Origin: Paraspadella gotoi
Taxonomy: Eukaryota; Animalia; Chaetognatha
Length of the DNA stretch: 64,000 nt
Assembly: GCA_051294375.1 (NCBI GenBank)
Contig: JBJCIZ010000009.1
Location: 80,184 to 144,183, forward strand
Direction: 5' to 3'
Below are positions 24,762 to 40,274 of this stretch, piece after piece (within the stretch, counting starts at the first letter, position 1; each line of letters starts with the position of its first letter). The notes under the pieces are model-generated. The model worked only from the letters and a program-made list of their open reading frames with translations. It was not told the DNA's origin and ran no database searches. A program made the translations under genes and the position numbers.

Positions 24762-25695
24762 AACTCTCTCTCTCTCTCTCTCTTCTCACCCATCGAAATG
24801 TATTAATATTATTAATATTATTAATGTTATTAATAGAATTCCGCGGCCGAACGGAATTCCTACGCCTCCTCATCTCGCCAACGATGGCGTTATTTTTAAC
24901 GCCTCATCCATATTTGCATAGAAAACATTTCCGGACCCCGGGACGCGCCCAAGTCTCCAGGGGTCCGGCTTGGCCCCAGCGCGGCTCAACTGCGCCCCGA
25001 GCGGCTCGTCGCTAATTCGGCCTCCGCGCGATTTTCCCTTTGGGGTCGGCACGGGGGTTGGCGGAGAGAGGGGTTGTATTGCATTTCTCTCTCTCTCTGT
25101 CTCTTTCTTTCTTTCTGTCCCTCTCTTTTTCTCTCTCTCTCTCTTTTTTTATTTCTCCCTTCCCTCTCTCTCACCATGCCCTCTCTCTTTTCTCTTCTTT
25201 CATTCTCTCTCCGCCTTCTCTCTTTTCTCCTCTCTCTCTCTTCCTCCCTCTCTTCCATAAATGTATGTATCGCTCTGTAACATATTTTTATCGTATAATG
25301 TCACATTTTGGAGCATTATAAGTTATAATCAAGTCAAATCAAATCAAATCTCTCTCTCTCTCTATCTCTCCCTCTCTGTGTCGTCTGTCTTTCTATCTTC
25401 TCTCTCCCTCTTTCTCTTCCAACTCTTCTCTCTCTCTCTCTCTCTCTCTCTCCTCGCTAAAAAACTGATTACAGAGCGAAACGGGGATGGAAATTTCGGA
25501 TGGAATCAAAAAGCGTTTTTTATCTGCGAGAAGTTCTTATTCCACCCTCGAGAGGGAGAAGAAAAAGAAGAAAGATCGGGAGAGAGGAGATGAGAGAGAG
25601 AGAGAAGAGGAAGAAGAGAAGAGAGAGAGAAGAGAGAGAGAGAGACAGAGAGAGAGAAGTATCGGAGAAGAGAGAGAGAGTATGCGAGAGAGAGA

Positions 25696-25757
<62 letters not shown>

Positions 25758-25999
25758 AAGAGAGATTGGGAGAAAAGAAAAACAAAAATACAAAAACAGA
25801 AAAACAAACTGAGTCAATCATTACTTCCTTAACCGCCAGCAGCGTGGAAAATAAGCACGTTACCGCGTACGCCAAACAATTTTGCCGCACTGTTCGCGTA
25901 TTGCTCTCTGCCTCTGGCAGTATCTGTCCGCACAACAGCAAATAGCGAAGACCGAATAAGACTCCATTTTAGGTTTACATTTATCTTCTCTCTCTCTCT

Positions 26000-26035
<36 letters not shown>

Positions 26036-26817
26036 ATCTCTCTCTCGCTCGCTTTCAGTCAAGGAATGGTCAGCGTGAAAAAGAGGTAGAAGATATGACG
26101 CTAATCGATGCGGTGTCGCCTTCCATCAAAAACGAAAGGAATATTGGGATTTACGATATAGAATTTTTTTCAATAAATATTGTTCTTTCATGCTTATCTT
26201 TGTTTCACTTTGAAATTATAATCAAATTTAAAATTTTGTTTTTAACAGACAACTTAGTTTTTCTCTAAAAATCACAATAAAACGAAATTTTTTTATATCT
26301 AAAAAGGACTAAGCGTGAAGAATATTTTGAACCCTTATTTCCTAAAATAATTCTGTTAGTTGATAGTATAAATAATATAAAATTAATAAACTCCATTACT
26401 ATTTCTTTTAAAAGATAAATTATGTACAAATTATTATTATTGAATACAAAATTGGTACATTTGTTAATTATGCTTCTTACCCCATGCCACTGGCAAGCAA
26501 AGACTTTTACCCTTCTTTAAAAAATATATATCAGTATATAAAGTACTTAATATTTAATTTTTAAAAAAATATATATACCCGTTAAACAGAAGCAGCTTCA
26601 TAATGGACGCATCTGAAAAAAAAAAAAATTCGGGCGCCGAGTCGAGTCGCGCAATTCGAAAGCTTTTTGGGCGAAACAAAAACAAATCGAGTTGGAGTCT
26701 AACGGCGCCGCGGTGGGGGCGTTGGGGGCTGGGGTGGCGCGGCGATTGGGGGGCGGGGGGGAATATAGCGGTACGATGCGGGCGGGGGGGGTGTGCGAAA
26801 GTAGCCAAGGACAAGTG

Positions 26818-27077
26818 GGGCCTTAATTTCCCAGAATGCCCTCATTTCATCTTTAAGTCGGAATTAGATTATTTTTTTTTAGTTAAAGATTAGGTTTAAA
26901 ATTAAGGTTTATGTTAGCGGGTTAGATTAATGATTATGTTAAGGGATTTAGGTTAATGATTAGGGTTGAGGGTTAGAGGTTAAGGTTACAGATTTAAAAT
27001 ATATTGAGGTTAAAATATAAAGTTGAAATTAAATCCTGCGAAGGAACAGAAATGGGGCACTCTCGGCAAATAGAGCC
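26818..27077. mobile_element. MITE-like element with imperfect ~30-bp inverted ends and internal TTAGG(G)-like repeats
   Basis: GGCCTTAATTTCCCAGAATGCCCTCATTTC versus the reverse complement of GAAATGGGGCACTCTCGGCAAATAGAGCC, with degenerate TTAGGTT/TTAGGG repeats between. Confidence 0.45.
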
Positions 27078-27408
27078 GGAAAGGGAACTTTGTGCAATGT
27101 TTTTCTGAAAAACGGAAATAGGAACTAATAAAAAAAAATCGACTCCATTTTTTGAATTGAAGAAAAAAAAATTCAGACTGGGTCAATGTTTTTTTTTTTA
27201 TGTAGAAGATCAGCTTTGAATTTTTTAGAGTCTTTGATGAGGATCTATCATGGCACTACGTACATATTTTAACATTGGCTCTAGATATTTAAGCATTTTA
27301 CGTTCCATAATTACCAAAATGTATTCCGTATAGTTCATTTAAAATTTTGTCCAGATCAAATGAAATATCAAATATCAAATATAAAAAAAAAGTATCCAGC
27401 AATAATAA

Positions 27409-27605
27409 ATATGAAATTGGTAAAAGATAAAATTATACATTCATTTAATAAATGAGCTATCTTGCCCCCAACTTTGGACAGGCTTTGGTGTGTTTAAGCC
27501 TCTATCACTCTTACAAGATATAGACATAGCAGTCCCTGGAAGCTTCATCAAGACTCTCTCAAGCTTCATTTATTCCCTCCCAGAGTACCTGGCTTTCCAC
27601 TCCTT
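27409..27605. repeat. Interspersed repeat shared with 14341-14600
   Basis: Direct sequence similarity over ~190 bp. Confidence 0.75.
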
Positions 27606-28055
27606 CTATGTTATAAATGATTATATTTGAATCCTTATCAATATTCCTATTTAGTATTTAGTTACGTATCTTATTTCTTTTTCTCCTCCGCGAAAGATAT
27701 AATTTTATTCTCGAAAAATTCTTCTTCTGAATTCGATTCTTCTTTTTCGGGTTCAGCGGCGACAATTTGAAGAAATTCTTCCTTAGAAACAAAACCGTCC
27801 TTATCTTTGTCCCAAACGGTCAACACGCACTCGCAGAAATTCTTTTAGTTCTCCTCCTTTGATCAAAAAAAGTAAATGGTTTCGAACAAATTCCGGTCGG
27901 CGAAAGTAAAACTTGACCCTTTTTCTTTTATTTTAGTTTACCTTTTTGTTTCGCTTCGTTGGGGTCGCTTTTCGTGAACTGTAGCGCCACATGACTTTGA
28001 AGCAAGGCTTCCATTTCATCTGTACCTAAATTAGTCTAACGTCCAACTACAAATG

Positions 28056-28246
28056 TATGGTGGACTAAAATCAAGTTCATTCGCCTCCCAACCCAAAGGT
28101 CCGGGGTTCGAGCCCGGTGGTCGCCTAACAGTTAAGAGGGACGGGTCGGGACGGGGCGCTTAACCCCCCTGTAACACGGTGTTACAGCCCGTTTCGAAGC
28201 TCAAGGACTGCTAATATTAACTCATAACAATAATTACTGTCTCTTC
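28056..28246 (+). mobile_element. tRNA(Gly-like)-derived SINE-like element, A-box region deleted, 5-bp TSD AAATG
   Basis: B box GGTTCGAGCC and anticodon-arm-like TTCGCCTCCCAACC. Flanked by AAATG at 28051-28055 and 28247-28251. Second copy at 61821-62057 (-). Confidence 0.75.
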
Positions 28247-29136
28247 AAATGGTTATATCAGTAGATAAAGGATATTCCCTACATTTAGCATTTAAATTAA
28301 TTCACCATAAACTCTCGTTTATACTTTCACGGGCCAGAATTAATCATTGAATAGCCCTTTCATTTTTTTAAAAATAATTTATTTTTCTCACCGAAGCAGC
28401 CGTCGCCATTCAAGTCGTGCAGTTTAAAAAATATCCTCGGCGTGAAGGCTTTTTCTTCGTCAAGATCTCGTTCGTAAGTCTTTACGTGATCCCCCCAAAA
28501 AATGAAAAAAGAATACTTAAATTAATTAAATAATAACTGGTGTTATTTTTATAAGAACGAAGAAAACTAAATTACGTTTTATTTAGGCTTATAATAAGGC
28601 CAGCTTTTGCGATAATGCATAGAAACGTCGCAATGGTTCCATTTTATAATGCAATTATTTATTCATTTACATATTTATTTATTTATTCGTTTATTGATTT
28701 ATTTCTCACCACGGCGTCGTCAGTTTGATCGGTAGCCTGATTTTCGACGTGAACGATAAGAAAAGACGAAAATAAAATCGCAAAACTCACGATTGTCAAC
28801 ATTTTTGACATTTTCTCACAACGTTGATGATTTTTTTTTTCAAAATGGTGCTACCGTATAACAAATAATTGACTTTTGAGTAATAAAACCAATTGTTTTT
28901 TATTTATTTATGAAGAGAAGGACATTGATCTACACAAAACGAGTCTAACTTTTAAGTTGAAAATCCAAAGTTTTTTTTTAAATCTTAAGTGACGAAAGCG
29001 AACCGGTTTTCCGAGAGCCAAGAATTATTTCGATGCAAAATAAAGATCAAAACGAAGTTCAGTCATATATGAGACTGTTTTATTTGTTTTTTCAACTTTG
29101 GTAGTAGTTTCTTTTAAATTAATTACGTGGTATGGG

Positions 29137-29137
<1 letters not shown>

Positions 29138-29226
<89 letters not shown>
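29138..29226. repeat. (AAT)n microsatellite, representative of many (AG)n, (GAC)n and (ATTT)n tracts in the window
   Basis: About 30 perfect ATA units. Confidence 0.95.
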
Positions 29227-29548
29227 TTTCCTTTTGTTAGGAGAAATGCAAGATATTCTACTTTCTGGTTCTTATCATTTTTAGTCCGGGTTACGGAATG
29301 AATTAATGGACGGATTGAATGATTGATTGAATAAAAGAATGAATGAATGAATGAATGAATAAATGAATGAATGAATCGTGTCCTCGAAATCGGAACTTGA
29401 TTGAGAATCGATCTACAAACAGAACTGGATTCTCTCTCTCTCTCTCTTTCTCTCTTTCTCTCTCTCTCTCTCTAAGCACCATCTCGGTCGTGTTTAGATT
29501 TTCTAAATCGTCTGATGAAAAAGAGAGCGAGCTATTCGTTTTATTTAC

Positions 29549-29598
<50 letters not shown>

Positions 29599-30736
29599 TT
29601 GAATTTCCATGACAGGTTTAGTAAAGGGACTACTACGTTTTCAGATGTTAACAACTTGTAAACCACATTTTTTTTTCTCCCCGTCCTGTTCAGAAAATAA
29701 TCATCTCCCAGCTCATGAATTCGAAATGAAAGGATAGAGACTTTTAGAGAGGGACGTCCGTGTCTCTCTCTCTCTCGCTCTCTCTCTCTATTTTAGAGAG
29801 TGACGTCCCGAACAGAAAAGCCCCTTTTTTTATTTAAAGACTTTTTGTACTCGTTAAAAAGGTAAGTTTTCGTGGCACTTTTTACTGAACGCGCCCAATT
29901 TCTTTTCCTTTCTCCCTGAATTTAATTTTATTCTTAAGATCTATCTATTATCTAACCATAATCGTTTACTAAATATTTAACCTAAATTTTTATTCTATAA
30001 CCAGTAAACAAAAGGTAAAACGATCCGCAAATGACTTAGTTAATAGTTATACTAATTTCCTAACTGCAATCCCTAACTTTATAATTTGACCCACATTCCT
30101 AACTAATAGCCTAATCTTTAATCCAAAAAATAACCAAGTCCCTAACCCCTAACCCAATCTTTAACCCCAAAACTGACGTTTTTGGGAAATATTACGTAAC
30201 ATAAACATAGTAAAACATACTTAAACATACCTAACAGACGACGAACTTCGTTGGTGTTCATGTATAAATCCAAGCGGGGTCTGGCGGCGAAGGCCGAAAG
30301 CGAGAACGAGGTTAGAAGAACGAAAATCACCGTCGTTGTCATCGTCGTCGTTTTCGTCGTCGTCGTCATTTTTTTTTTACGGAGAAAAATCGATTTTTTT
30401 TTTATTTTTGAGAAAAAGAAAAAGTAAATTTTTCCCGATGCGGAGGGTCGGCCAAAAAATATTTTTGGGTTTTTTTTTTTAGGACTTTAGATTTGTCGTA
30501 GAGAATAATTCGAATTCTTCGCTAAATCGGGACATGTTTCAAATATTTATTTGCTTATTTATTTATGTTTATGTTTAATTATATTCTAGTTATTATTCTT
30601 TATTCTTCTGTCCATAGTTGTGGGCGGGCAATCGTCGTGGTCGTTAATTTCGAGGCTGAGGTCCAGTTTCACAGACGAAGATATTCATGTCAGGATTTTA
30701 AAAGCCTTTACGATCTTTACGTTTCGAGGGGCGGGG

Positions 30737-30821
<85 letters not shown>

Positions 30822-32579
30822 TCACGGATTAAATCCGAGAGAGAGAGAGAGAGAGATATTCACCGGATTAAATCCGAGCCGTTTAACCTTCACGATCGAG
30901 CGCGTGTCTGTTCTCGTAGTTTTACTGCGCGAGTATTTATTTTATCGGTCCGTGTCGTACGGACATACGGACTCACAGTAGGAGTGGAGACGCTTAACTT
31001 TTTGTCCAAATGTCGTAGTAAATCCTTATTTGGTGAGGAATGACTGGGCGATTAATTTCAACAAACTCGCGTGAATGAGGAAGAAGTTTTTTATTCCGTT
31101 CTAAATATTAAGAATCGCACGAGCGAAAAAGGAAGAGAGTTGGAATTTAACGAATCCGTAAAGAAATAATCGTGAATGAACTAGGAAGCGCGCGCGAGAG
31201 AGAAACAGAGAGAGAGCGAGACAGAGTGGGAGACAGAAAGCGAAAGGGTTTTCTTTTTTTTCTTTTTTTTTCATCTCAGCCGAAACGTTATATCGACCGC
31301 ATGAACGAAAGAAGGAAGGAGACCGCGAGAGAAACGCGGGAACCAATCAGAATCGAGTATTTGCGGTTCGGGGATGGAGAGATAGTGAACGCGCGCGCGA
31401 GATAGAGAAAGAGATGGGCAGAATTGGTACGATTAATCATTTGACGAAATGTGTCACTGAATCAACTGGATAATTGTTCTATTATGGGGGGGGGGGAAAT
31501 AGAAAATGCGAGGGGACGGGATTTCTAAGGAAAATATTTATTAGGTAAATAGATTTTTCATTTTCTTAATTGGGTACGAACTTTGCGTTGGCAAAGGAAC
31601 GAGCATTGTCTTCTCCCACCAAAGAGTTTTCGGGTTTCGGGAAGCGGGACGAGCGAGTGACCAGAATTGAAACATTAGAACACTTATTTTTTTTTTTTCA
31701 TTGATTGGATTATCAAATTATGTGTGGTTTTTAAATCATTTGTAAGTAAAACCGAGCAAAATTATTACCCTAAATCCTTTTTTAGGGTAATAACTACCCC
31801 TAACCCCGGTCGGCGAAAGTAAAATTAACCCTATGTTAATTATGCAAATTCGCTTATCTATTATCTTTTTTTATCGACGCCTTCTCTTGACCAACGGAAG
31901 ACTTTGTATTTAAATTTTTTTGATTTTTTTTTAAAAAGAACATTGAACCAAAAATGAATCCGAGATCTTTATGAAATCGATATGCTTAAAATGAAATGTA
32001 CTACATGAAGTAATTCAGTCGAAAACGCTGCCTTTGTTTTAACTTGGAATTTGAGCTACACGAATGAAAACAGAGGCGCCCTCCAACGATGTATTGAAAT
32101 TAGTTTTTCGAAATATTAGCAAACAACAGGGTTAAACATTAATTATCCGATTAGCAATGCGAAGCAGTGTTCTAATAACTACTATTGCTCGAAAATATTT
32201 TACAATAATTTTGCTCCCACTTGAATAAATTCTTTCTAACCTAAATTTAAAAAAGTGTTTTTTTAATAAAATATTTTAAAATTACTAGGTACTTTTATTT
32301 ACAATTCGGTACATTACTAATGTCATTAGCCAAGTTCTTGTCAATTATTTTTATAGCTAACTGAAAACCTTTCTGTGAAGACTATTTTGGAACGAGAAGT
32401 AAAATTTAACCAACTTTTTTCTCCAAAAACACTATCAAAGCCAATTACCTGACATAAAACGCGGAAAAAAAAATCATAAATCAATCTACTAAAATATTTA
32501 CATATTTTTTTTACGGCGGAGTTTTCTCGTTCTTAGAAACAGCCAAACCATTTTAGCTCCTCCCTCGAGAACAAGCTGA

Positions 32580-34193
<1,614 letters not shown>

Positions 34194-36437
34194 TTACTGC
34201 TTACAACAGTTTTTAAGTTAACTATTAAGTCGCCAAATACAAATCAACTCTCCGACTAAAAAAAAACTGGGTCAACTTGGGATGTTAACTGCTACACTAA
34301 TATTATAAAATCTTGCATGTTTGATCAGAGGTGTGGAAACAAATTTTATATAATATATATAATATATATATTTGAATATTAAGTTTGTAATAAGAAATTT
34401 TCCTGGATGATGCTAAATTTTTTTGTAAAATAGATAATCTGTATATCAACAATCTTAAAAGAAATACATGGATAGAATATGATATTGTTAAAGTTGAAGT
34501 AATATACAAAATAACAAGTAACTGCCAAATAACTTTTAACTTTTGCTTTAAACATTTGCCAAAGGATGACAAAGAACAACACTCTAAATATTTTCCCCAA
34601 ATAGAAATACACCAATAATATATTGATTTCAAAAAAATCACCACTTGTATGTTTCTTTTGAAACAAGGAAAATGGAAAAAAATATATTTTAATCTTAATA
34701 TAATTTAATGATATTTAAATGAAAGTTTATGGGAACTAAATATGTAACTCTGTCTTGTTTCAACCTTTAACGTTTTTTATTGTCAGAAATTATTCGTCAG
34801 TTGTTTATTTAAGTATAGTCCAAACATTTTTTTTATCTCTCCCTGATCCTCCGTACTACTTATTGGACGTGCCTACTATATGCAATTTCAATTGCCTGTT
34901 AAAGATAAATAGATTTCAATGTGCTTCATATCATAACCCATTGTAAAAGTTAAATTATCAGTTTTAAATACCTGGACAAAATCTCAAAACAATATGACTA
35001 TTATTTTTAAATTGATTAAAAAAATTTCTGTCTTTTTCTTTTCTTTTCTCATAATTATGAAAATCCAACATCTCAAAAATCCGATATTAATATCACACAT
35101 CATCCCTCAAAGTTGTCTCAATGGTAAGATCACTTAAAATTCATGATTTCCATACGTTCCCGTTATGATACTTACCGTAGTGCTTTTTGGTGAATTAATG
35201 TTTTGTAAACTATTTGTTGTAATATAGTTTCGAGTGGACAAATAATAATGGTGCATTCTTTGGAAAGTTTTCAACCTAACGAGGGCGAAAATATTCATTT
35301 TATTTAGAGTTGAACCAATGATTTGAGCGCTACAAATGTCCTAAGCTTATTTATATAATATTAGACTTACGGCGGGCTACAAAATGATTCAAATTTAAGT
35401 ATCAAGGGTGAAGGGACTCCGAGATATCGCCACAGGAAATGTTACAACTGAGAAAAAAAATCACACTGTATGTATCAAAATGTCAGGCGAGTGAACCAGA
35501 AAGAAAACCTTCAGCCTGGGCAGAAATTTTTATCGAAACCAGAGGCTGAGGGATGACTGTGGACGAAGCTTCTGCAGTTGTCATAACTTCTAGTTTTGGT
35601 TTTGTTAGCTATAACTATTAATTTGTAGTGAAAATGAAGACACTGTCACGACCAATTTAGCTTAAGTTCGAACAAACTGTTTGTATGACGTAAAAAATTT
35701 TAACTTTTAATTTTTGGCGGACTCACTAACGAGAAATTTGCAACTAAGTAGGACGGCCTAAGAGAAAATTTGAAAAGTATATTTAAATAAGTGTCAAAAT
35801 CATGAAATTAACACAATAAGGTAAATTGAGTAAAAATGAGTTTTTCATCAATTCTAAACTAACCGTAACAAATATAAACTAAACACACAAACATGAGTCA
35901 GTGCCTAGAGATATAACTCTCCAACCTCCATGAAAGATGTCATAATACAAAGTTGTATTCTAGATAAAAGCCGTAGCTGAAGTTAAAATTCCTCCAATCA
36001 TCCAAATATAAAAAACCGAAACAAATATACGAGGATCAACATTCGCCGAGATAACCTGAACAGTGTGAACACAGACAAAATATATCTCCGGATAATCATG
36101 AAAAAAGAATATACAATAACAATGGTATAAAAGAATTAGAAAAATTTACAATTTTCAACGTTCGAGAACATAATTCAAAACTTAAATGCTAAAGTAAAAG
36201 TATAGAAAAAGCGTAAAAAACACAGAACGATGTTTGCATTACAAAATTACGTAGTGTAATCAAACAACCCAAATACTTAGTTAATTCAATTCGGATAACC
36301 GTTAAATCTAGTCTAAGATCCAACAAAGAGAGCATTCTCCGATCAAAGTTTATATTTTATTAGGTCAACATCGGTCTGTTAAAAATTAAAATAATTAACT
36401 AAAAAATCAAACAAGGGTGAGAGAGGTAAGAAACGTT

Positions 36438-38345
36438 TCACTCGGATATTCGAAGCCGAGCCATTTCGAAAGAGAGAGAATACAACGGGGCAGGGGCTGA
36501 GAGGTAGGTGTAGTTAGCGGTGACTGTAAGCGGCGGCGACGCCTGCACTGGCAGCAGCGGCGGAGGCGGAGGCGAAGGCGCTTGCATCAGCGGCGGCGGC
36601 GACTGCCCCTGCAGCAGCGTCGTAAGCGGCGGAAATGAATCGAAGGCGAAAAAGAGGCCGGGATCGAAATCGGGACGACCGGACAAAATGGCGGAATCTT
36701 CGATGAGCGAAGGCGGAGATGGCGGGAAAACTTTTATCGGCTCCTGAGATCCCGACAAGGGAGACGAACTTGAATCCAAGAGCGGAGATGCCGTCGAGAT
36801 AATAGGAGATGCTGAGCGGGAAGGTTCGACACAGGCTTTGGGCAAAGCCAGCTTGCACTCGACGATGTGGTTGCCGAGGACGTGAGGGTTCTGGAGAAAG
36901 ACGGAAAAGAGAATCATCATCCTTTATCGTCCCTTAAAAATGAATGATGTTGCGAACTCGCCTGAAGGCAGACTCGATCCGCGATCTCCGAGTCTTCGAA
37001 GGTGATGAAGGCGAATCCGCGATGGCGACCCGTTTCGGGGTCGGTCAGGAGAAGAACCTCCAGAATGGAAAGATTATTTTTAATTATTGGATATCGTTTA
37101 AATTATCGTAATTAACTTATTTAACTATTGTTTGTTAATTGGTATAACTATTTACTTGCTGAACAGACCCGAAGGTAGAAAAGTAAGTTTGAAGAGTCAG
37201 TTTGTCCGTTCGTTTGGACAAACCGCCGACGAAAACTTTTCTGAATACATTTAAAATGAAACATTTACTCCCCATTATATTTATAACGACGAAAAAACAT
37301 GAGAAAACTGACGTCTTCTGGTCGGACCTGCAACCGAGCGTGATGTCGACCTTGTCCGCCATGTGCTTTGGAATCGCGAGTCGTACGTCCAGCGTGTTCC
37401 CGTTGAGAACGAGAGGACCTGACCATTTTCGAAAACTCGGGTGACTAACTAATAAGAAACTTTCCCCTCTCACTCCCGCCCGCAATTAGACAAAGTCACA
37501 AATGAATGATCGACGGATAATTACCAATGAATATTTCCACCTAAAAACTTTTTTATCTTTCATAAGAAAAGAAACATCGTTGAACATCAAAATTCCACGG
37601 TTAAATGTAGCTGACGTATTCTCTCGATTCTTATACATCCCCAGGCCCCCCCCCCACTCCCCCCGCCGTCTCGTGAACCCAATTCAACCCAATGACAAAA
37701 GATTTTGGGTCAAGGGTCGACGTCGAGATTCAAACCTGCGGCCAAAACTTCTTCGATTTTCGATGGATGAGCGAAAGTGACGAAGCCGAAACCTCGAGAC
37801 TCCACGGGATCAAGGGCCACTGAATACGAGAGAACGAATTTGACTAAAATCAACTCCGAATTTACTTTTAGTAGTAGACTTTATTTGTTTACAAGAAAAG
37901 TCGATTTTTGAACTGTGTCGAAGAAGATTTCGCCGCGTCGCGAGGGAAGCAAATCACTCCCACTCGCACACTTTTCTCTCTCTCTCTCTCTGTAAGTCTC
38001 CCGCCCTCGCTCGGTAGTCACTCTTTGTCAACATTTCTCTCATCTCTCGTCGGATACAGCAATCACCAAATAACTTTTTTTGTGGCAAAAAATAAACTTA
38101 TTCCGTAATTAATCAGTAATAGAACTAAATAAAGTTTTATTTCAAAAACGATTTACAGTTAAAGATTCTCATGAAAACGCCCAACGCACAAAAAAAACAA
38201 ACAAACAAAAGACAAAGAAAAAACCAAGAAAAAACTCACTCTTGATGAAACACTCGATAATGCTGCCGAATTGAGAAAAGTAATCCTTGAGCTGCTTGGC
38301 CGTCGTCGTCTTGCTCAGTCCACCCACGAAGAGCTTTCCCGCCAT
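36438..38345 (-). CDS. Two-RRM RNA-binding protein (Musashi/DAZAP1/hnRNP A-D-like) with Pro/Ser-rich tail, multi-exon
   Basis: MAGKLFVGGLSK (RNP2), SRGFGFVTF (RNP1), KVFVGGLSK, TDPETGRHRGFAFITF and VECKLALPK on GT-AG-bounded exons. Confidence 0.88.
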
Positions 38346-38819
38346 TTTGACTTGGGCCAGGGCCTCTTGGCGGGAAACCGGCGAACCTTTAGTCTTTTTT
38401 TTTGTTTTTTTTTTTGAAATTCGCGAAAAGGGGAAAGGGAGCGTCGCGTAGAGCGGGAAATCACCAAATTAGAAGGGCGATGCTCAGGTCGGGTCAGGTC
38501 GGGTCAGGTCGGGTCAAGCAGACTATTGTGATCTGTCAATTCGAATCGATTTTATCCATTTGTCGATTTCGTGGATACGAGTCGCCGAAATTTATTTGTA
38601 ATCATCTCGCTGACCTCTAAAACTAAAAGTCTTGGCCGAAATTCGAAATTTAAAACGACATTTGTGCATTATTTAAATGTGGTCTTGTGAATAATTAATA
38701 ATTTCGATCGTGATCGATTCATAAGTTAATGTACGTAAAAAGAGATTTTCCGGCGATCGTCAATCACAGACGTCATTCTCTTCGTCATCGTCATTTTAAT
38801 CATCGTCATCATCATCATT

Positions 38820-39245
38820 TTACTTCGTCTTCATCGTCATCACCTGATCTCGACAATCGTCATCTCCGCCGCAAAACGAGTTCACTTCTTCGATTTTCAA
38901 ATTCCCCACTAAAGAGGGAGGAGGAGGAGGAGGAGGAAGCTGGAGGGAGGAGAAGCCAGCATCGTCACGGGAGGCGCGGCAACCACGGAAACGCGGGGCC
39001 GGCGACCACGGACGGGCACGTTTCGAGGCGGTGGCGATCGTCGGGCGGTGGGACGGGCGGAGGGACGGGCCGGCAGGGAAACTGACAGGGACTGGGAGAA
39101 ACCGGACCGGGGACCACGTAGAAGACGGGGGAGGAAAGGAGCAGGGAGACGGTGGGGGAGATTGGAGAGTCGAAGTGGGGGGAGACGGGTAGAAGAAGGG
39201 ACATCCGTCGGAGGAGAAGGGAGAAAAGTCGGGAGCGAATGACAT
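38820..39245 (-). CDS. Hypothetical Pro/Ser-rich protein (141 aa)
   Basis: GC-rich ATG-initiated ORF with a strong acceptor (T10-GCAG ending at 39261) 15 nt upstream. No recognisable domain. Confidence 0.4.
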   Translation of the reverse strand: MSFAPDFSPFSSDGCPFFYPSPPTSTLQSPPPSPCSFPPPSSTWSPVRFLPVPVSFPAGPSLRPSHRPTIATASKRARPWSPAPRFRGCRASRDDAGFSSLQLPPPPPPPSLVGNLKIEEVNSFCGGDDDCRDQVMTMKTK

Positions 39246-40274
39246 GATTAATGGATGGACCTGCAAAAAAAAAAAATGGAAGGGACAACAACCCAAGGAG
39301 AACAGGGTGATCGTCAAAGACCTCAAAAATGTATCTAGCTGGCTAAAATTTGCCATGGAATTTATCTTCGGGACTCATCGTGAAAACTCGCGCAATAAAA
39401 TCGCTCAAAAATTCACTTTCACTTTTTTTTTTGTCTCGAGTATAAAAAATAGTGGGTAAGTTAGCCCTTTTTACGGAGAAATGGTTAACAAAAAAACGAT
39501 ACAATCTACGACTTCTGTTTATAATAATTAAGAGAGATTTGGTTTTCCAAAAAATAAAAAAAGGCGATTAACTTGACAAACCAAAAGTAAAAACCAACTA
39601 GTCTATGAAAGGATTTTTTGAAGAAAAAAAACCGGCACTTGTATATTTCATACCAGATTGTAAAAGCAAATGGTAGTGTTGATCAATGCAGGAACATGAA
39701 AAATATATCATCGGAAGCCCTTTTCATTTCAATTCACGATGCACATGCACGCGAGTTTGAAAAAAGAAAAATTGATATGAATTTTCTTAGCATTCAATGT
39801 TGCTTCGAAAAACGCATTCGCCAAACGACATCGGAACTTTTTAATCGGTACAAGGAAAAGAAAGAAAACCACGGGGAAAAAAATCATTCAAACAAAAGAC
39901 AACCTCAAAAAAAAAGGTTCCGGCAGTATTTTGATAATTTATATGCTATGCTTCGACCAAAAAGGCGAAAAGGACTGTAAAGATAATAAATATCTTAAAT
40001 TATTTTTTTTTGTATTCACCGAGTTGAAAAAAAAAAAAAAAAAAAAAAAAAGAATCACATCTATGAGGCGCGAATGTATTGATCGATCACAACTTACAGT
40101 TTAGCTACACGATTAAAAAAAAAAAGACAAATAAATACAATTCAAAGTGAAGACTTTTTAAAAAAAAAAGCGAACAAATATTTGACAAGTACTAGTTTTC
40201 GCCGTAATCTCGGTCACGTGACAGGGAAGTGAGGAGGGGGGAGAGGGGGGTGGGTGGTGCGAGGGAGTGCGAAT

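Noticed and set aside
24986-26062. Long RE/LS-repeat ORFs
   Set aside because: Products of (AG)n microsatellites. The short unique stretch at 25800-25945 has no recognisable homology.
28080-28125. Functional tRNA-Gly gene
   Set aside because: The A box/D arm is missing, and it is embedded in a repeated element with TSDs.
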